NCBI GenBank assembly: GCA_030390025.1
Contig: CM059433.1
Span: forward strand, 26,166,001 to 26,230,000
Direction of reading: 5' to 3'
Source: Squalus acanthias
Taxonomy: Eukaryota
Length of the DNA stretch: 64,000 nucleotides
This document shows positions 1 through 10,932 of the stretch, piece after piece. The position numbers and the translations under genes are program-made. Positions within the stretch are counted from its first letter, which is position 1. Each line of letters starts with the position of its first letter. Below the pieces are notes generated by a model. The model did no database searches. It was not told the DNA's origin and saw only the letters and a program-made list of their open reading frames with translations.

Positions 1-654
1 CTACTCTCTTTGGCAACATTGTAAGCTTCTTTTAATCTAATACTATCTTTAACTTCTCTAGTTAGCCACAGTTGTACCACTCTTCCAGTGGAGTTTTTAT
101 TCCTCAAGGGAATGTATATTCGTTGAGAATTATGAATTATTTATTTAAATGTTTGCCATTGCTTATCTGTCATCATATCTTTTCATCTAATTTCCCAATC
201 TACTACAGCCAGCTTACCTCTCATACCTCCGTAATTGGTTTTGTTTAAGTTTAAGACATTAGTTTTGGACTTAACTCTTAAACTTAATGTGAAATTCTAT
301 CATATTATGATCACTCTTCCCCAAAGGATCCTTTACTATAAGATTACGAATTAACCCCATCTCATTACACAATACTAGATCTAAAATAGCCTGTTCTCTA
401 GTTGGTTCCTTAACATATGTTTATAAAATACTTTAGTGTTTTCTTTTATATGACCCGCTAATATTTTCTCATACACTCTCTTTGCCCCTTATTTCCTTTT
501 TCAGTTCTCCTCTGTACTCTGTTTCTTGATTCTCTACTGTATTATGAATCTGACATTCATCACAAGACCCCATTTTCTGTTTCATTTTAATCCAAATTTC
601 TTTAGTCATCTAGGGAGCTCTAGTTTGAGTGCCCTTCATAGGAATGTGTCTAGT
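1..654 (-). mobile_element. CR1 LINE fragments (left flank, host of the ERV)
   Basis: Similar to minus-strand CR1 ORF2 sequence at ~54400-54660; continues after the ERV at 7764. Confidence 0.75.
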
Positions 655-1108
655 TGAAGGGGTAATTACTAGCCCTAGCCCTTTTCGGGCTACCCCGGAT
701 CAGGCGTATTCCCCAGATGTTCACCTTCAACTAAAGTTAGAGATAGCTGAATCCTATAAGATGCTTAATTGGGTCTCCTTGTTTCATTTGATGTCATATT
801 TATGAAGGCATATGTTTCTTTAATTTTCTGTGTTTCTGTTTCCCGAAGTGTTGGTTTATGACACCTTAACATTATACCATTATGTTCTTTCCAAAACTTC
901 AGACTTCTAGGAACCTCCAACCCTTTGCTTCAATGGGGCTATTGTTTCAGTGTCAACAACTGATTCTTATCTCAAAAGCCTGTATGGTGTTTGCAGCTTT
1001 GTGTCGTTGAGGCTTTTAGATTTTTAAACTCAGTCTGTCATGTTTTAATAAAGTCAGAATTCTGTTCATAGGATGGTGTATTTTTCTGAATATGGCTATT
1101 CCTTTACA
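655..1108 (-). repeat. 3' LTR of foamy-like ERV (454 bp, ~771-bp internal deletion)
   Basis: Matches 6539-6660 joined to ~7432-7763 through a GTCT microhomology. About 9 substitutions counted by eye, all transitions. Confidence 0.92.
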
Positions 1109-1118
1109 CCACCCTCTT
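1109..1118 (-). promoter_or_regulatory. Polypurine tract of foamy-like ERV
   Basis: AAGAGGGTGG directly abuts the 3' LTR start TGTAAAGG. Confidence 0.75.
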
Positions 1119-1739
1119 GACCAAAAAATGAACTGTTGCATCTAGACAGAGTTTAGTCAATGGTACTAATAAGGTTACAATAGCACATTAATTTCACGAG
1201 ATTCACAATCATGTTGCTACATGAAAATTCCTTTTAAGTCATCCTAGGACAATGTCTTGCCTTATTTTAAATTGAACACAATTTAAAAGGATGATAAGTA
1301 CATAGACATGCAATTAGCGAAACAACATGTACTTAGAATGTCCAATTGGCAGATGTACATTCTGTAGAGGTGAGTTATTCATACGAGTCAAGGAGACGTC
1401 ATTTGCAACTAGTTGAAGCTTGACACGCTGTTCCTTCGATCCGGCGTGTGTACATATGCTTGTTGTCATAAAGCCTTGCCAGGCACTCAGTTGATTACTT
1501 CTTCATCCACGGTGTCTTCCTCCTTCGTTGAAGTAACTCGTTGATCTTTCCTTGTTTCGGTTGTTGCTTCTCGCGAATCCAATTCCTGATGCTTTGCCAT
1601 GCATCGTGTAGAGGAGCCGGCGACACCGTCTGACTGACCGTCGCCAGTAATTCGATCGCATCCATTTCCTGTGTTGTGCTCCAAGCTGGGTCTTGAAAGA
1701 CAGTGTACAACTACACCTTGTATTTTTCCTTCATTTCGG

Positions 1740-4698
1740 TATCCCGCAGGACATCCTTTGAGATTGTCTATGGAGACAGTTTTAAGAATACGCTTGCCAG
1801 TCGGCTGGTTATTATGTATTTGAACTGTTCTTTTGTTAATAACAGAATGTATTTGAACAGGTTTTTTCCACTTCGGTCTTAAACCAGGTTTTTGCTCGAA
1901 CTTCTCTTCCTGTACCCATTCTCCTGCTAGGGGTTGCCATGCTTTGTTTGTCAATTTTTTCTGCCTATTTGCCTCCCTTATCCTCTGATCAATTCGATGA
2001 ATCTTCTCTGTTACTTCTTTTTTTTAAACTAACTATCGCTGGCGGGTCAATGACACAGAGTGTGTAGAGGCAATAAAAGAACTATGGGTAAGCGGTGTAT
2101 GCATCTCAACCCCATACATCAGATAATATGAAGTTTATGGGGACACTGTCCCTGATGCAGATGCGGACACATTATTGAGTGATAGCTGCACCTCCGGAAT
2201 GACGGTGGTCCACTCATTCCCCCTGATTCTCAACAGTTTGACCAATAGCCTTTTTACTTCCTGGTTTTTACGTTCCACCAGCCCCACTTATTGCGGATGA
2301 CATGGCGTGCTGTGCTCTAACCCAATCCCCCTTTGTTCGCTGTAGTCTTTGAAGACCTTGGAGACAAAGGCTCCGCCTTGATCGGAGTGTAAGATTTTGG
2401 GTGCACCAGCTACAGTAATTGGCCCAGAAATTTGACTCGGAGGCTTGCCGCGGGGGTAAGGATCGCTCGCGATATCACACTCCGCGCCGGCCGTTGTGTT
2501 TTGGGCCCACAGGAACTTCGGGTCCTGGGCCTCTCCCTAGTGCCGGCGCGCAGTGTGTGCATGTCCCAGGGGCGCAGTTAGTGCGATGCGACCTCTGGGA
2601 TCACGTGGGCCATGGAGAGCCAATGGCAGCAGACCATCTTTCATTCATAGATTTGACAGGAGACCTGTCAAATCTGTGAATTGAAAGAGACCCCAAAAGA
2701 ACAGCTAAACCTCAAATAAATTTAGAAAAAAAACATCACATTAATAAAATAACTATAGTTAAATAAATTAACCACTTCAAACAAAAATTTTAATTTTTGA
2801 AAAAATTAAAAAAATATTTAAAAGTTATAATAAACTTACCTTTCTTTAAAGTCTCGAAAAAAGATAAACCTGTTGAAAAAAATTAAAAATTATACTTAAT
2901 TAACTACTTACCTTGTTCAAAAGGGGTCTTACGCCTCCTTTTTTCTTGTGTAAAATCTTCCATACTTACCCTCGCGTTGAAACCTGAAAAAAAACCTAAG
3001 TGTGCTGCGTGCGCACAGCCTCTAGTGCGCACGCGGTTCACCTAGGAACCGCCCCCTTCGCCATACCGGAAGTGCCGGTTTCCCGCGCATGCGCAGTGCA
3101 TGCAGGAAACCGGCACTTCGGGACTGAATATGGGTGAGTACGCAGCGGGTACTCTCCCGTATTCGGCCAAATTTTTGGGCCATTATATCAGAAATAGCCG
3201 TGGCAAGTGCGTTTTCCGAAACAGTTTTTGTGGGGACCAGCCAGCAGAAAGAAGTGCATCCATCTACACAAACGAGAACATGTCTGTATCCCAAAGACGG
3301 GGGAAGTGGTCCAATAAAGTCAATAAAGAATTTTCCCATTGGCTCATCAGCTTTCACAGGAGCCAATGGTGGTGGCTTAATTAGTGACGACTTATTGGTT
3401 AAATAGCATGGCTCACAATTTGCCACGTATGTTTTACAGGCCTTAAGCATGCCTGGCCACCAATATAAGGGGGTCAATTTGCAGAATGTTGTTCTGGCAC
3501 CACAATATGCTTGACTTATGCCCTCGTGAGCTTCTTTTACAAGCTGTTCTCGTTTGTGACTCGGGGGTACCTCTCGTTTTCCCTTGGGCAACTTAACTAG
3601 TACAATACCCGTAGGGGTTTCCGAGTAAAAGTACTTTGGTAGATATCCTGGTGGATTCTCTTTTATTGGGTCTAATAGCTGAATCAGTTCCTCATCCTGA
3701 TTAGCTGCCCGTTCTGCCCTAGTGATTACACTAACATTGGCAGGCCCCTCTCGAGGGGGTGTCATGCAGACCGAACGTTTCGCTTGTTCGTCTGCAAGGC
3801 TGTTTCCTTTTGAGTGTACTGTCCCAGTGGTATGCCCGTTTACATGAATCACCTGACAATTCTGTTTCTCCATTCTCGAACGGAGAATGTCTTCCCACAG
3901 TGTGGGTTTAATAGGGTCTGCCTTCTCTAAAGCATACCGTAATGCTGCGGCTTCAGCATATTGCGCTGTCTTATGGCCAAGGGGTATAGACAGTAATTCT
4001 TCTGGATAAAAAGAATAGGAACCTCAAAAAGTCTCTACTACTATCCCCATCCCAGCTGAGGATTGTTGGGATGTCCCTTTTTTAATCGTCATTGAAGATC
4101 CATCACAGTAAATGACTTGATGGTATTTTGTAAGCGGTCTCATAGGTATTTGTCTGATTCCCTCCTCCGTATCATCATCCTCCATGATGGGGAAATGCTC
4201 TATCTTTCCATATTGATTTGGATGGCATTGTAGATAAGGGTAGTATCTATTAATGAGTTGCTCGAGGAGGTCTTTACCTCCCCCCTCTAGGCAAGTTCGA
4301 TCGAACTGTGTCCGAACATGTTTTTCCCTGTCATCCTGGTCTGTGGATGCTTCTACAGGTCTGGTCGAAATTTTAAGGTAATGTTTCATGTCTGGTTGTC
4401 CTATAATGAGGGAACAGACCAATTGTGGTACCAGCCCTACATCTAGGGTCACCATGATTCCATATATAGTAATAGGTATTTTGTAAAAATTAATTATTTT
4501 GGTTTTGTCTTGTGTGAATCCCCCTAATGGTCTTTTACAAATTGGGCTCCCCAAATCTGTCCACTTAGTTTTTATAATTGCAGGATCTATTACAGTGTAA
4601 TCAGCTCCAGTATCAAACAGGGCCTTCACTTGTGTGTTTGTGGGCAAGGTTGCGAGGGCATAGGGGAATTCAAGAGGCCCTGGCTGAGTGCCAGGCCT
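1740..4698 (-). pseudogene. pol: Foamy-like pol: protease - (RT deleted) - RNase H - integrase, split by a MITE
   Basis: PR: ALFDTGADYTVI. RNase H: IYCDGSS..AGMGIV..IPLGHKTAQYAE..HVNGH..GNSLAD. IN: zinc-binding region (HEG..CEPC), D-D-E core and C-terminal domain WQPLAGEWVQE..TVSIDNLK. No YxDD RT segment. Confidence 0.9.
2421..3181. mobile_element. Non-autonomous PIF/Harbinger-type MITE inside the ERV integrase
   Basis: TIRs GGCCCAGAAATTTG / CAAATTTTTGGGCC, 3-bp TSD ATT (2418-2420, 3182-3184). Removing it restores the IN frame ...AISDI-ITVAGAPKILHSDQG. Confidence 0.88.
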
Positions 4699-6275
4699 TC
4701 AATCCTGGGATTGTTCATCCTCAGGATCCTGAGTTTCATTTGCTGCTTTGTCTTTAATTATTTTAACTGATTTTTGTTCCTCCCTCTTGAGGGTATCATG
4801 TTTTCCAGATCCCTGAGGGGGTTTGTCGGACCATTTATTATCTTGACGATCCTCCTGTTGGGGTGGACGTTGGTTCTGCCAGGAATCTTTTTGATCCCCA
4901 TTTCAGTTTTCTGATATCCTCCCATTGGCTCTCTGATAATTTTGGCCAGTGTAAAAGCTGTCCCCATAGGGAGTCCACTGTCCTTCGCTTTCCTTTCAAG
5001 GTCTAGCCCCTCGTCTATCCCATCTTTCTGGGGAGAAATCTTTCTCGTATTGTGGGCGAGTTGGGGGTGTAAACCTTCTGGAATACCCTCTTGGGGGTCC
5101 CGAGCCATGAGTTTGTGTCTGGGCGGGGTGGACTTGAGACTTGGGTCTATACAGTCCTTGTTTCTGAGTACCAAAGGTACCTTTTCCGTGTTTTTTATCC
5201 CTAGTTTCTGATCTCATTATAGATTTAATTTGGGGTAGACCTAAGAGGTCATGATTTAATTGGATAATGCGATTGACATTATCCCATCTTTGTTGGCTAT
5301 CTCGATAATCATTTAGAGCACCCTCACACGCAAGTTTGAGGGCTGTATTTTGGTATTGATTGGCCAGGCAACCATGGACAATGTCCCAGTTATCCTGTAT
5401 AAGTACTTTGCCTAATCTGTAGGCAGCTACCAGCCCTTTAGTTGTGGCTGTATTAGTGAGTATTTCCTTGATGGAACCCATTACATGCCCTCCCTGAGTT
5501 GCCGTGAGAACATAGGCGTCTATTTGAACCCAGTTGTTGCACTGGTTTAATGGGGGAATTAAGTCTGAACTTAGTATCATTTGCAGTAGTTGCCTCAGGT
5601 GTTGGGCATTCCAATCTTGGCAACAGGTTTCCAATTTATCAAGGTTAGTTAGAATCCAGCAGGTTTTTTCCTGGCTGGTGTTTCCCGGTCTACCACACAT
5701 TGGTAGATAGAGCTCAGGTTTACTTGACCTAGGGGCGCAATTTGTGGTTGCTGGGGTTGGCTTACTGGACCAGTGATCAGTGCGCCTCCAGCATTTAGAT
5801 AAGATTGAGCTAGTGCCTGTCGGCATTGATTATAATGGATTCTAAGCTGTCTATAGTTTTCTCGAAGATTCTGGTCATTTATTTCATCATGTGCTTGCCA
5901 CCTTAACCGGAATCCATGGCCCCCAGGAGCATAGGCTGCTCCGGGTCCTGCTATTCGGCCATGGTTGCCACCACCTTGTTGGGCACCGTTCATTAGGCCT
6001 CTCAATTGTGCAGGTGTGCACCTTATCATTAAGGAATTTATTGGATTTGGAGTATTTGTTTGATTATCCCACTGGATATTCTGTATCCCCTGGTTCTGGG
6101 GATCAACATTAATCGTGCCATGAGTTCTGACGGCTCCGTCGGCATCAAAGCCTTCTATTTCAAAAATTATCACTTGGTTTTGTGGAGGTTCAGGGATAGG
6201 ATTATTTCCCCTAATAAAGCAATCGTTTGAATTTCCTAATAAAAAGACTTGGCCAATTCCGACAGGGTTTGCCAT
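4699..6275 (-). pseudogene. gag: Foamy-like gag (one frameshift near 5665, internal TGA stops at 4996 and 4903)
   Basis: ATG at 6275 follows the PBS leader. ORFs 5649-6275 and 4996-5826 join by a frameshift at an A-run. Gly/Arg/Gln-rich C-terminus with no CCHC knuckle; the frame continues to TGA at 4699-4701. Confidence 0.8.
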
Positions 6276-6518
6276 TTCGTCAGGACCTAACCTCGGTTAG
6301 GGTTTAATATGAACTTTATAAGAAATTTCTAGACCTCAATGGTATTTTGAGGGAGTTCTGATTTAAGTTCTACACGGACTGATCAGGGACTTGTCATCTC
6401 TAGAGACTTAAATCTGGGTCTTAGTACCACTGTCAGTAAAACACTCCTTCTATACTTAACAATCTACAAGATGGATATAGATATAAATATAAGTATAGGT
6501 TCTGTATCAACTCGTTAC

Positions 6519-6536
6519 CACACACGTTGGGCGCCA
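6519..6536 (-). promoter_or_regulatory. Primer-binding site, tRNA-Lys1,2 type
   Basis: Minus strand reads TGGCGCCCAACGTGtgtg; the first 14 nt match the foamy-virus tRNA-Lys1,2 PBS TGGCGCCCAACGTGGGGC. Confidence 0.9.
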
Positions 6537-6538
6537 AC

Positions 6539-7763
6539 TGAAGGGATAATTACTAGTCCTAGCCCTTTTCGGGCTACCCCGGATCAGGCGTATTCCCCAG
6601 ACGTTCACCTTCAACTAAAGTTAGAGATAGCTGAATCCTATAAGATGCTTAATTGGGTCTAAAGGTTCAGACTTTCTCTCCCTAAAGGAAAGGAATGGCC
6701 TGAAGATGTTACCGTCCTCCAGACAGCACTTTTAATAAGTTTAACTAGACTGTAACCTTCCGGATATTATTAGGGTCCGGAAAACTCCCCCAGAATTCTG
6801 CAACTCCTCACCAAAGAGTGTACAGAGATTGAGTTTGCGAGTTTGATACAGAAGTACAATTCTAAAAATATATAGATTTATTAAAGAACCGACATGCAGT
6901 TAACAGTTGGTAATTCAATCGCAACTTTAACAGTTCTAAAAACAAATAGCTTACAATTCTTATTATCAGAGATCCTTATTCTCAAATCTTAACTTCATTA
7001 CATTTTTACTTTTCTTACTTAGTCTTAATCCAGGATATCCACCAAAATCAAATACCTTTGATTACCCGAGACTCAAAGAGTTGTAGGCTTTCAGAGCCTG
7101 TCTCTGAAGCTGAGAATCGCTTGCCCCTTCCAGCAAATTCTGTCTTCCTATTTGAAAGTTCTATATTTTATACCCTTTTTTCAGTGGTATATCCTTTGAA
7201 GTTTTCTGCTGATGTAAGCTAATTATCTCTAGTTATATTTCTGTTGACTTCTTTCTATTCTTACTGTCAGTTCAGCTGTTAGCTTGCAGACTTGTGTCTC
7301 TACCTTTTAGATGTTCAAAACTTATCATAAAAAACGGTTATAACAGATGTATCTATTTGATGCCATTCTTACGAAGGTCTTCTATTCAATTCTTAAATCA
7401 CCTCAGCTGGTTGTAAACAGACTTCGTGTCTCCTTGTTTCATTTGATGTCATATTTATGAAGGCATATGTTTCTTTAATTTTCTGTGTTTCTGTTTCCTG
7501 AAGTGTTGGTTTATGACACCTTAACATTATACCATTGTGCTCTTTCCAAAACTTCAGACTTCTAGGAACCTCCAACCCTTTGCTTCAATGGGGCTATTGT
7601 TTCAGTGTCAACAACTGATTCTTATCTCAAAAGCCTGTATGGTGTTTACAGCTTTGTGTCATTGAGGCTTTTAGATTTTTAAACTCAGTCTGTCATGTTC
7701 TAATAAAGTCAGAATTCTGTTCATAGGATGGTGTATTTTTCTGAATATGGCTATTCCTTTACA
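6539..7763 (-). repeat. 5' LTR of foamy-like ERV (1225 bp)
   Basis: Starts TGTAAAGG and ends CCTTCA on the minus strand, 2 nt before the PBS. TATAAAA at 7166-7172 and AATAAA at 6877-6882 (minus). Confidence 0.92.
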
Positions 7764-8860
7764 TAGTCTGTACCCAAACTATCTCCTCTTTGAAGGCCTC
7801 CCATTGCTCATTTACAGTTTTACCTGCCAAACTTTGTTTCCAATCCACCTGGGCCAGATCCCTTTTCAAATTACTGAAATTAGACCTCTTCCAGTTCTTC
7901 ACCTTTGATTTTCCTTGTCCTTTGCCACAACTACTCTAAACCTAATGATATTGTGATCACTGTTTAAAAATGCCCTCCAACTGAAACATACTCCACTTGC
8001 CTCACTTCATTCCCCAGAACTAGATCCCGCACAGCTTCCTTCCTCGTTGGGCTGGAAACATATTGATCATGAAGGTTCTCCTGTACACAATTTAGGAATT
8101 CCTCCCCCTCCTTGCCTATTGCACAGTTTTTTTTCCCCAGTCTACATTAGATTATCACCACTCTATTGTTTTCACATCTTTCAGAATTTTGCTTGCAGAT
8201 ATGCTCCTCCATCTCCTTCCCATTATTTGCTGGGCGATAGTATACACTCATTAGCATAACAGCATCTCTTCTGCTCCTTAACTCTAACCAACTAAATTCT
8301 GTCCTTGAATCCTCAAGCACATCATCCCTTTCTTTGATCTATACCATAGATCCCCTTCCTTTTTTTACTTCCCTCTTCCTCCTGAATATATTAGAGCCAG
8401 GAATGTTAAGTTCTCATTCCTGGCTCAACCTTTATTGCCACTATATCATAACCTCATGTGGCAACTTGTGCTTGCAGCTCACCAACATTATTTTGTCACT
8501 CTGTGCCTTTACATACATACACTCCAACCCCGCTTTACTCTACTTAACATTGCTCACTTGTCTGATCCCTCCTATTTCTAGACTACTCTTTATCCTAATG
8601 CTGTTTGTCTCTCCCAGTCCTCTCTGATGCATCATTCTAGTTCCCCTCCCCTTGCCAAATTAGTTTAAACCCTCCCCCACTGCACTAGTTAACCTCCTCG
8701 CAAGGACATTGATTCCTAGCGCATGGCACTGGGTGTAATCCTGAGATTACCACCTTTGAGGTCCTGCTCTTTAGTTTCCTCCTGAAACTCTGTCTGTAGG
8801 ACCTCAACCCTTTTCTACCTGTCACTGGTTCCAACATGGACCATGACTTCTAGCTGTTAT
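7764..8860 (-). mobile_element. CR1 LINE fragment, endonuclease region (right flank of the ERV)
   Basis: Collinear with the CR1 copy at 54655-57010. Confidence 0.8.
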
Positions 8861-9416
8861 TTTGCAGGTGTCCTTATTTTTTAAATGGTCATTGTATGTA
8901 CTGTATGTGCAGTACAGTAGTTTTAGCCTGGTTGTCTGAAGATAGTCATGAGTTGGCCAGATAAGCTTGTTCATATGGTACTTAGCTAATTGATTAATTT
9001 TATCCAGTAAATACTAATAAATTCATGTAAACAAATCTCTTATTAAATGGTATTTTTATTTTCATACAAATAAAATGCATACTGTACATTCATCATTCAT
9101 TATTCAAGAGTCACTTCATGAGATAGTCAGTAATTGATGCCTGGATACAATGGGCTTCTGACTCCAGTAACATCAGATTCAGCTGTGCTGATGTGGGAAA
9201 ACAATTTGTAGCCTTTGTGGGAGGCAAATAACTGCATCTTGGACATCATGGAAAAGACTTCTTGGAATGTGGGAATTTCCATAGGTGTGGGTTGGGTACT
9301 TGCTCCTTTTTTAGGTCATCGCTGACATCATCATCACAGGCTGTGGCGCTTAGGCGAGTGCAGGAGTCGATGACATCTTGCTCCCGGGACTCGGTCAGGG
9401 ATTCCTCAATAGAAAA

Positions 9417-9627
9417 ATAAAAGCAAAATGCCGGAAATCTGAAATAAAAACAGAAAATGCTGGAAATACTCAGCAGGTCAGGCAGCATCAGAGGAACAGA
9501 GTTCAGGTCGATGACCTTTCATCAGAACTGGTCAGACAAAAGGTCATCGACCTGAAACGTTAAATCTGTTTCTCTCTCTACAGATAGTGCCTGGCCTGTT
9601 GAGTATTTCCAGCATTTTTCTGTTTTT
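9417..9627. mobile_element. Palindromic (inverted-repeat) Penelope-type short element
   Basis: Arms ataaaaacagaaaatgctggaaatactcagcaggtcaggc and gcctggcctgttgagtatttccagcatttttctgtttttatt. ~16-bp imperfect TSD attcctcaatagaaaa / attcctcagtaggaaa. Half copy at ~54462-54560. Confidence 0.6.
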
Positions 9628-10267
9628 ATTCCTCAGTAGGAAATTCATTGTCAAAGGAGACAAGCCCCTGCTGACATGGGTGGGCAGGGCGAGGGCGGAC
9701 AGCAGGGGAGAGAGATCAGGTATGGCAGGCGGCTCCACGCTTTCTTCTACACTTGGTGATAGTGGACGGCTTGACTTGCTGTACTGCACAGGCAATCTAG
9801 CAGCAGGCATCGGGCACGTTGACTTACTGGGTGATTTCACTGGCAGGTGATGAGGGCTGTGGGGTGGATGGTGACAACAGTGTTGAGCAGTTGCTTGCGG
9901 TATTGGGTTTTGATGGTTTTGATAATGCCTTGGTCAAGGGGTTGAAGAATGGGGGTGGTGTTGGGTGGGAAGAACACTAGCTTGACATTGAAAAGATGGG
10001 GATCAGCAGGATGAGTAGGGGTATTGCCCACAAACAGTGTTTTTGGAGGTGTATTTGACTGTTGAAGTCCTTAACCCAGGAAGTGAAGATCACACTGGTC
10101 ATCGAGGCCTTATTGTTGTGCTCCCAGATGACTGGAAGGGTGGATTAAGTCCAGGTTATGAAAACACCTGGGCTTAGCAGCACAGCCGTTGAGCAGAGGC
10201 TTGGTGAACTCCCCCACGACATTGCAGCCGAGGCCGACTGTGATATGGTCCTTAGACTTTTTGTCAC

Positions 10268-10485
10268 TGACATAAGAAAACTACTAGGCACTTGGTCTAA
10301 GCGTTAAACAAAGCTTTAATCAACTGTTTTTCAACATGGAGATCTAGTTGTGTCCTTCACTAGTTCCTGTTGAGGAATGTCCTAAGCAAGCTGGGCCCAT
10401 GCCCGAGTATTTATACTCTCCCTGGACAGCGCCACCAGCAGGCCGCCCAGTATTACTTCATACATGAATGACAAGATTCATGTCA
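10268..10485 (-). mobile_element. Solo LTR (218 bp)
   Basis: TGACAT..ATGTCA ends, perfect 5-bp TSD GTCAC, TATAAATA and ATTAAA on minus; related to 51657-51871. Confidence 0.8.
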
Positions 10486-10932
10486 GTCACCTTTACACTG
10501 CTCACTGGAGATGGCGAGGGTCTTGTCAGGCAAGGCCCGGATAAACATGCCGGTCTCGTCCATAGGTATCCTTTGCTTCATATGACTCAGCCATGGACAC
10601 AAGATGCTGCTTCCAGTAACTGACAACATTGGGATCAATGCTGGCACTCCTGCCCGAAATGACTTGGGAGGAGATGGAGTGACGGTTCTAGAATGACTCT
10701 AGCCACACATTGGAGGCCTTGAACATGATGATATCTAGGGACTGGGCATGTGGGACTGCTTTTTGTTGAAGGAGTGGACCGGAGATGGGTTGGATTTTGA
10801 TCAAGCACAGGGGAACCACCCCCACACCTGTGGACAGCTCAAATCTGTAGCAGGGCGTTTTCTGGCAGTAGAGCAGTGGGATTCATATGCATCAAGAAGC
10901 TCAAATTTATGCTTCAGAACACTGGACACTTA

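Larger units (their letters stand above)
655..7763 (-). mobile_element. Endogenous foamy-virus-like (spumavirus-related) provirus, internally deleted
   Basis: Two direct LTRs with TG..CA ends. 4-bp TSD TAGT at 651-654 and 7764-7767; an uninterrupted copy of the same CR1 site reads ggaatgcgtcTAGTctgtacccgaac at ~54643-54668. tRNA-Lys PBS and PPT present. Pol motifs resemble prototype foamy virus: FIDFIGPLPPSLGYRHVLVCVDGCTSFCWLVPTK, LHSDQG, VERKNQEVKRLL, LRPKWKKP..KTVSIDNLK. Confidence 0.93.

Noticed and set aside
3022..3183. C-terminal part of the 283-aa integrase ORF
   Set aside because: This is read-through into the MITE; the true integrase resumes at 2417.
7393..7575. 60-aa ORF in U3 as a bel2-like accessory gene
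   Set aside because: It starts at TTG with a stop four codons upstream in both LTRs and has no recognisable motif.
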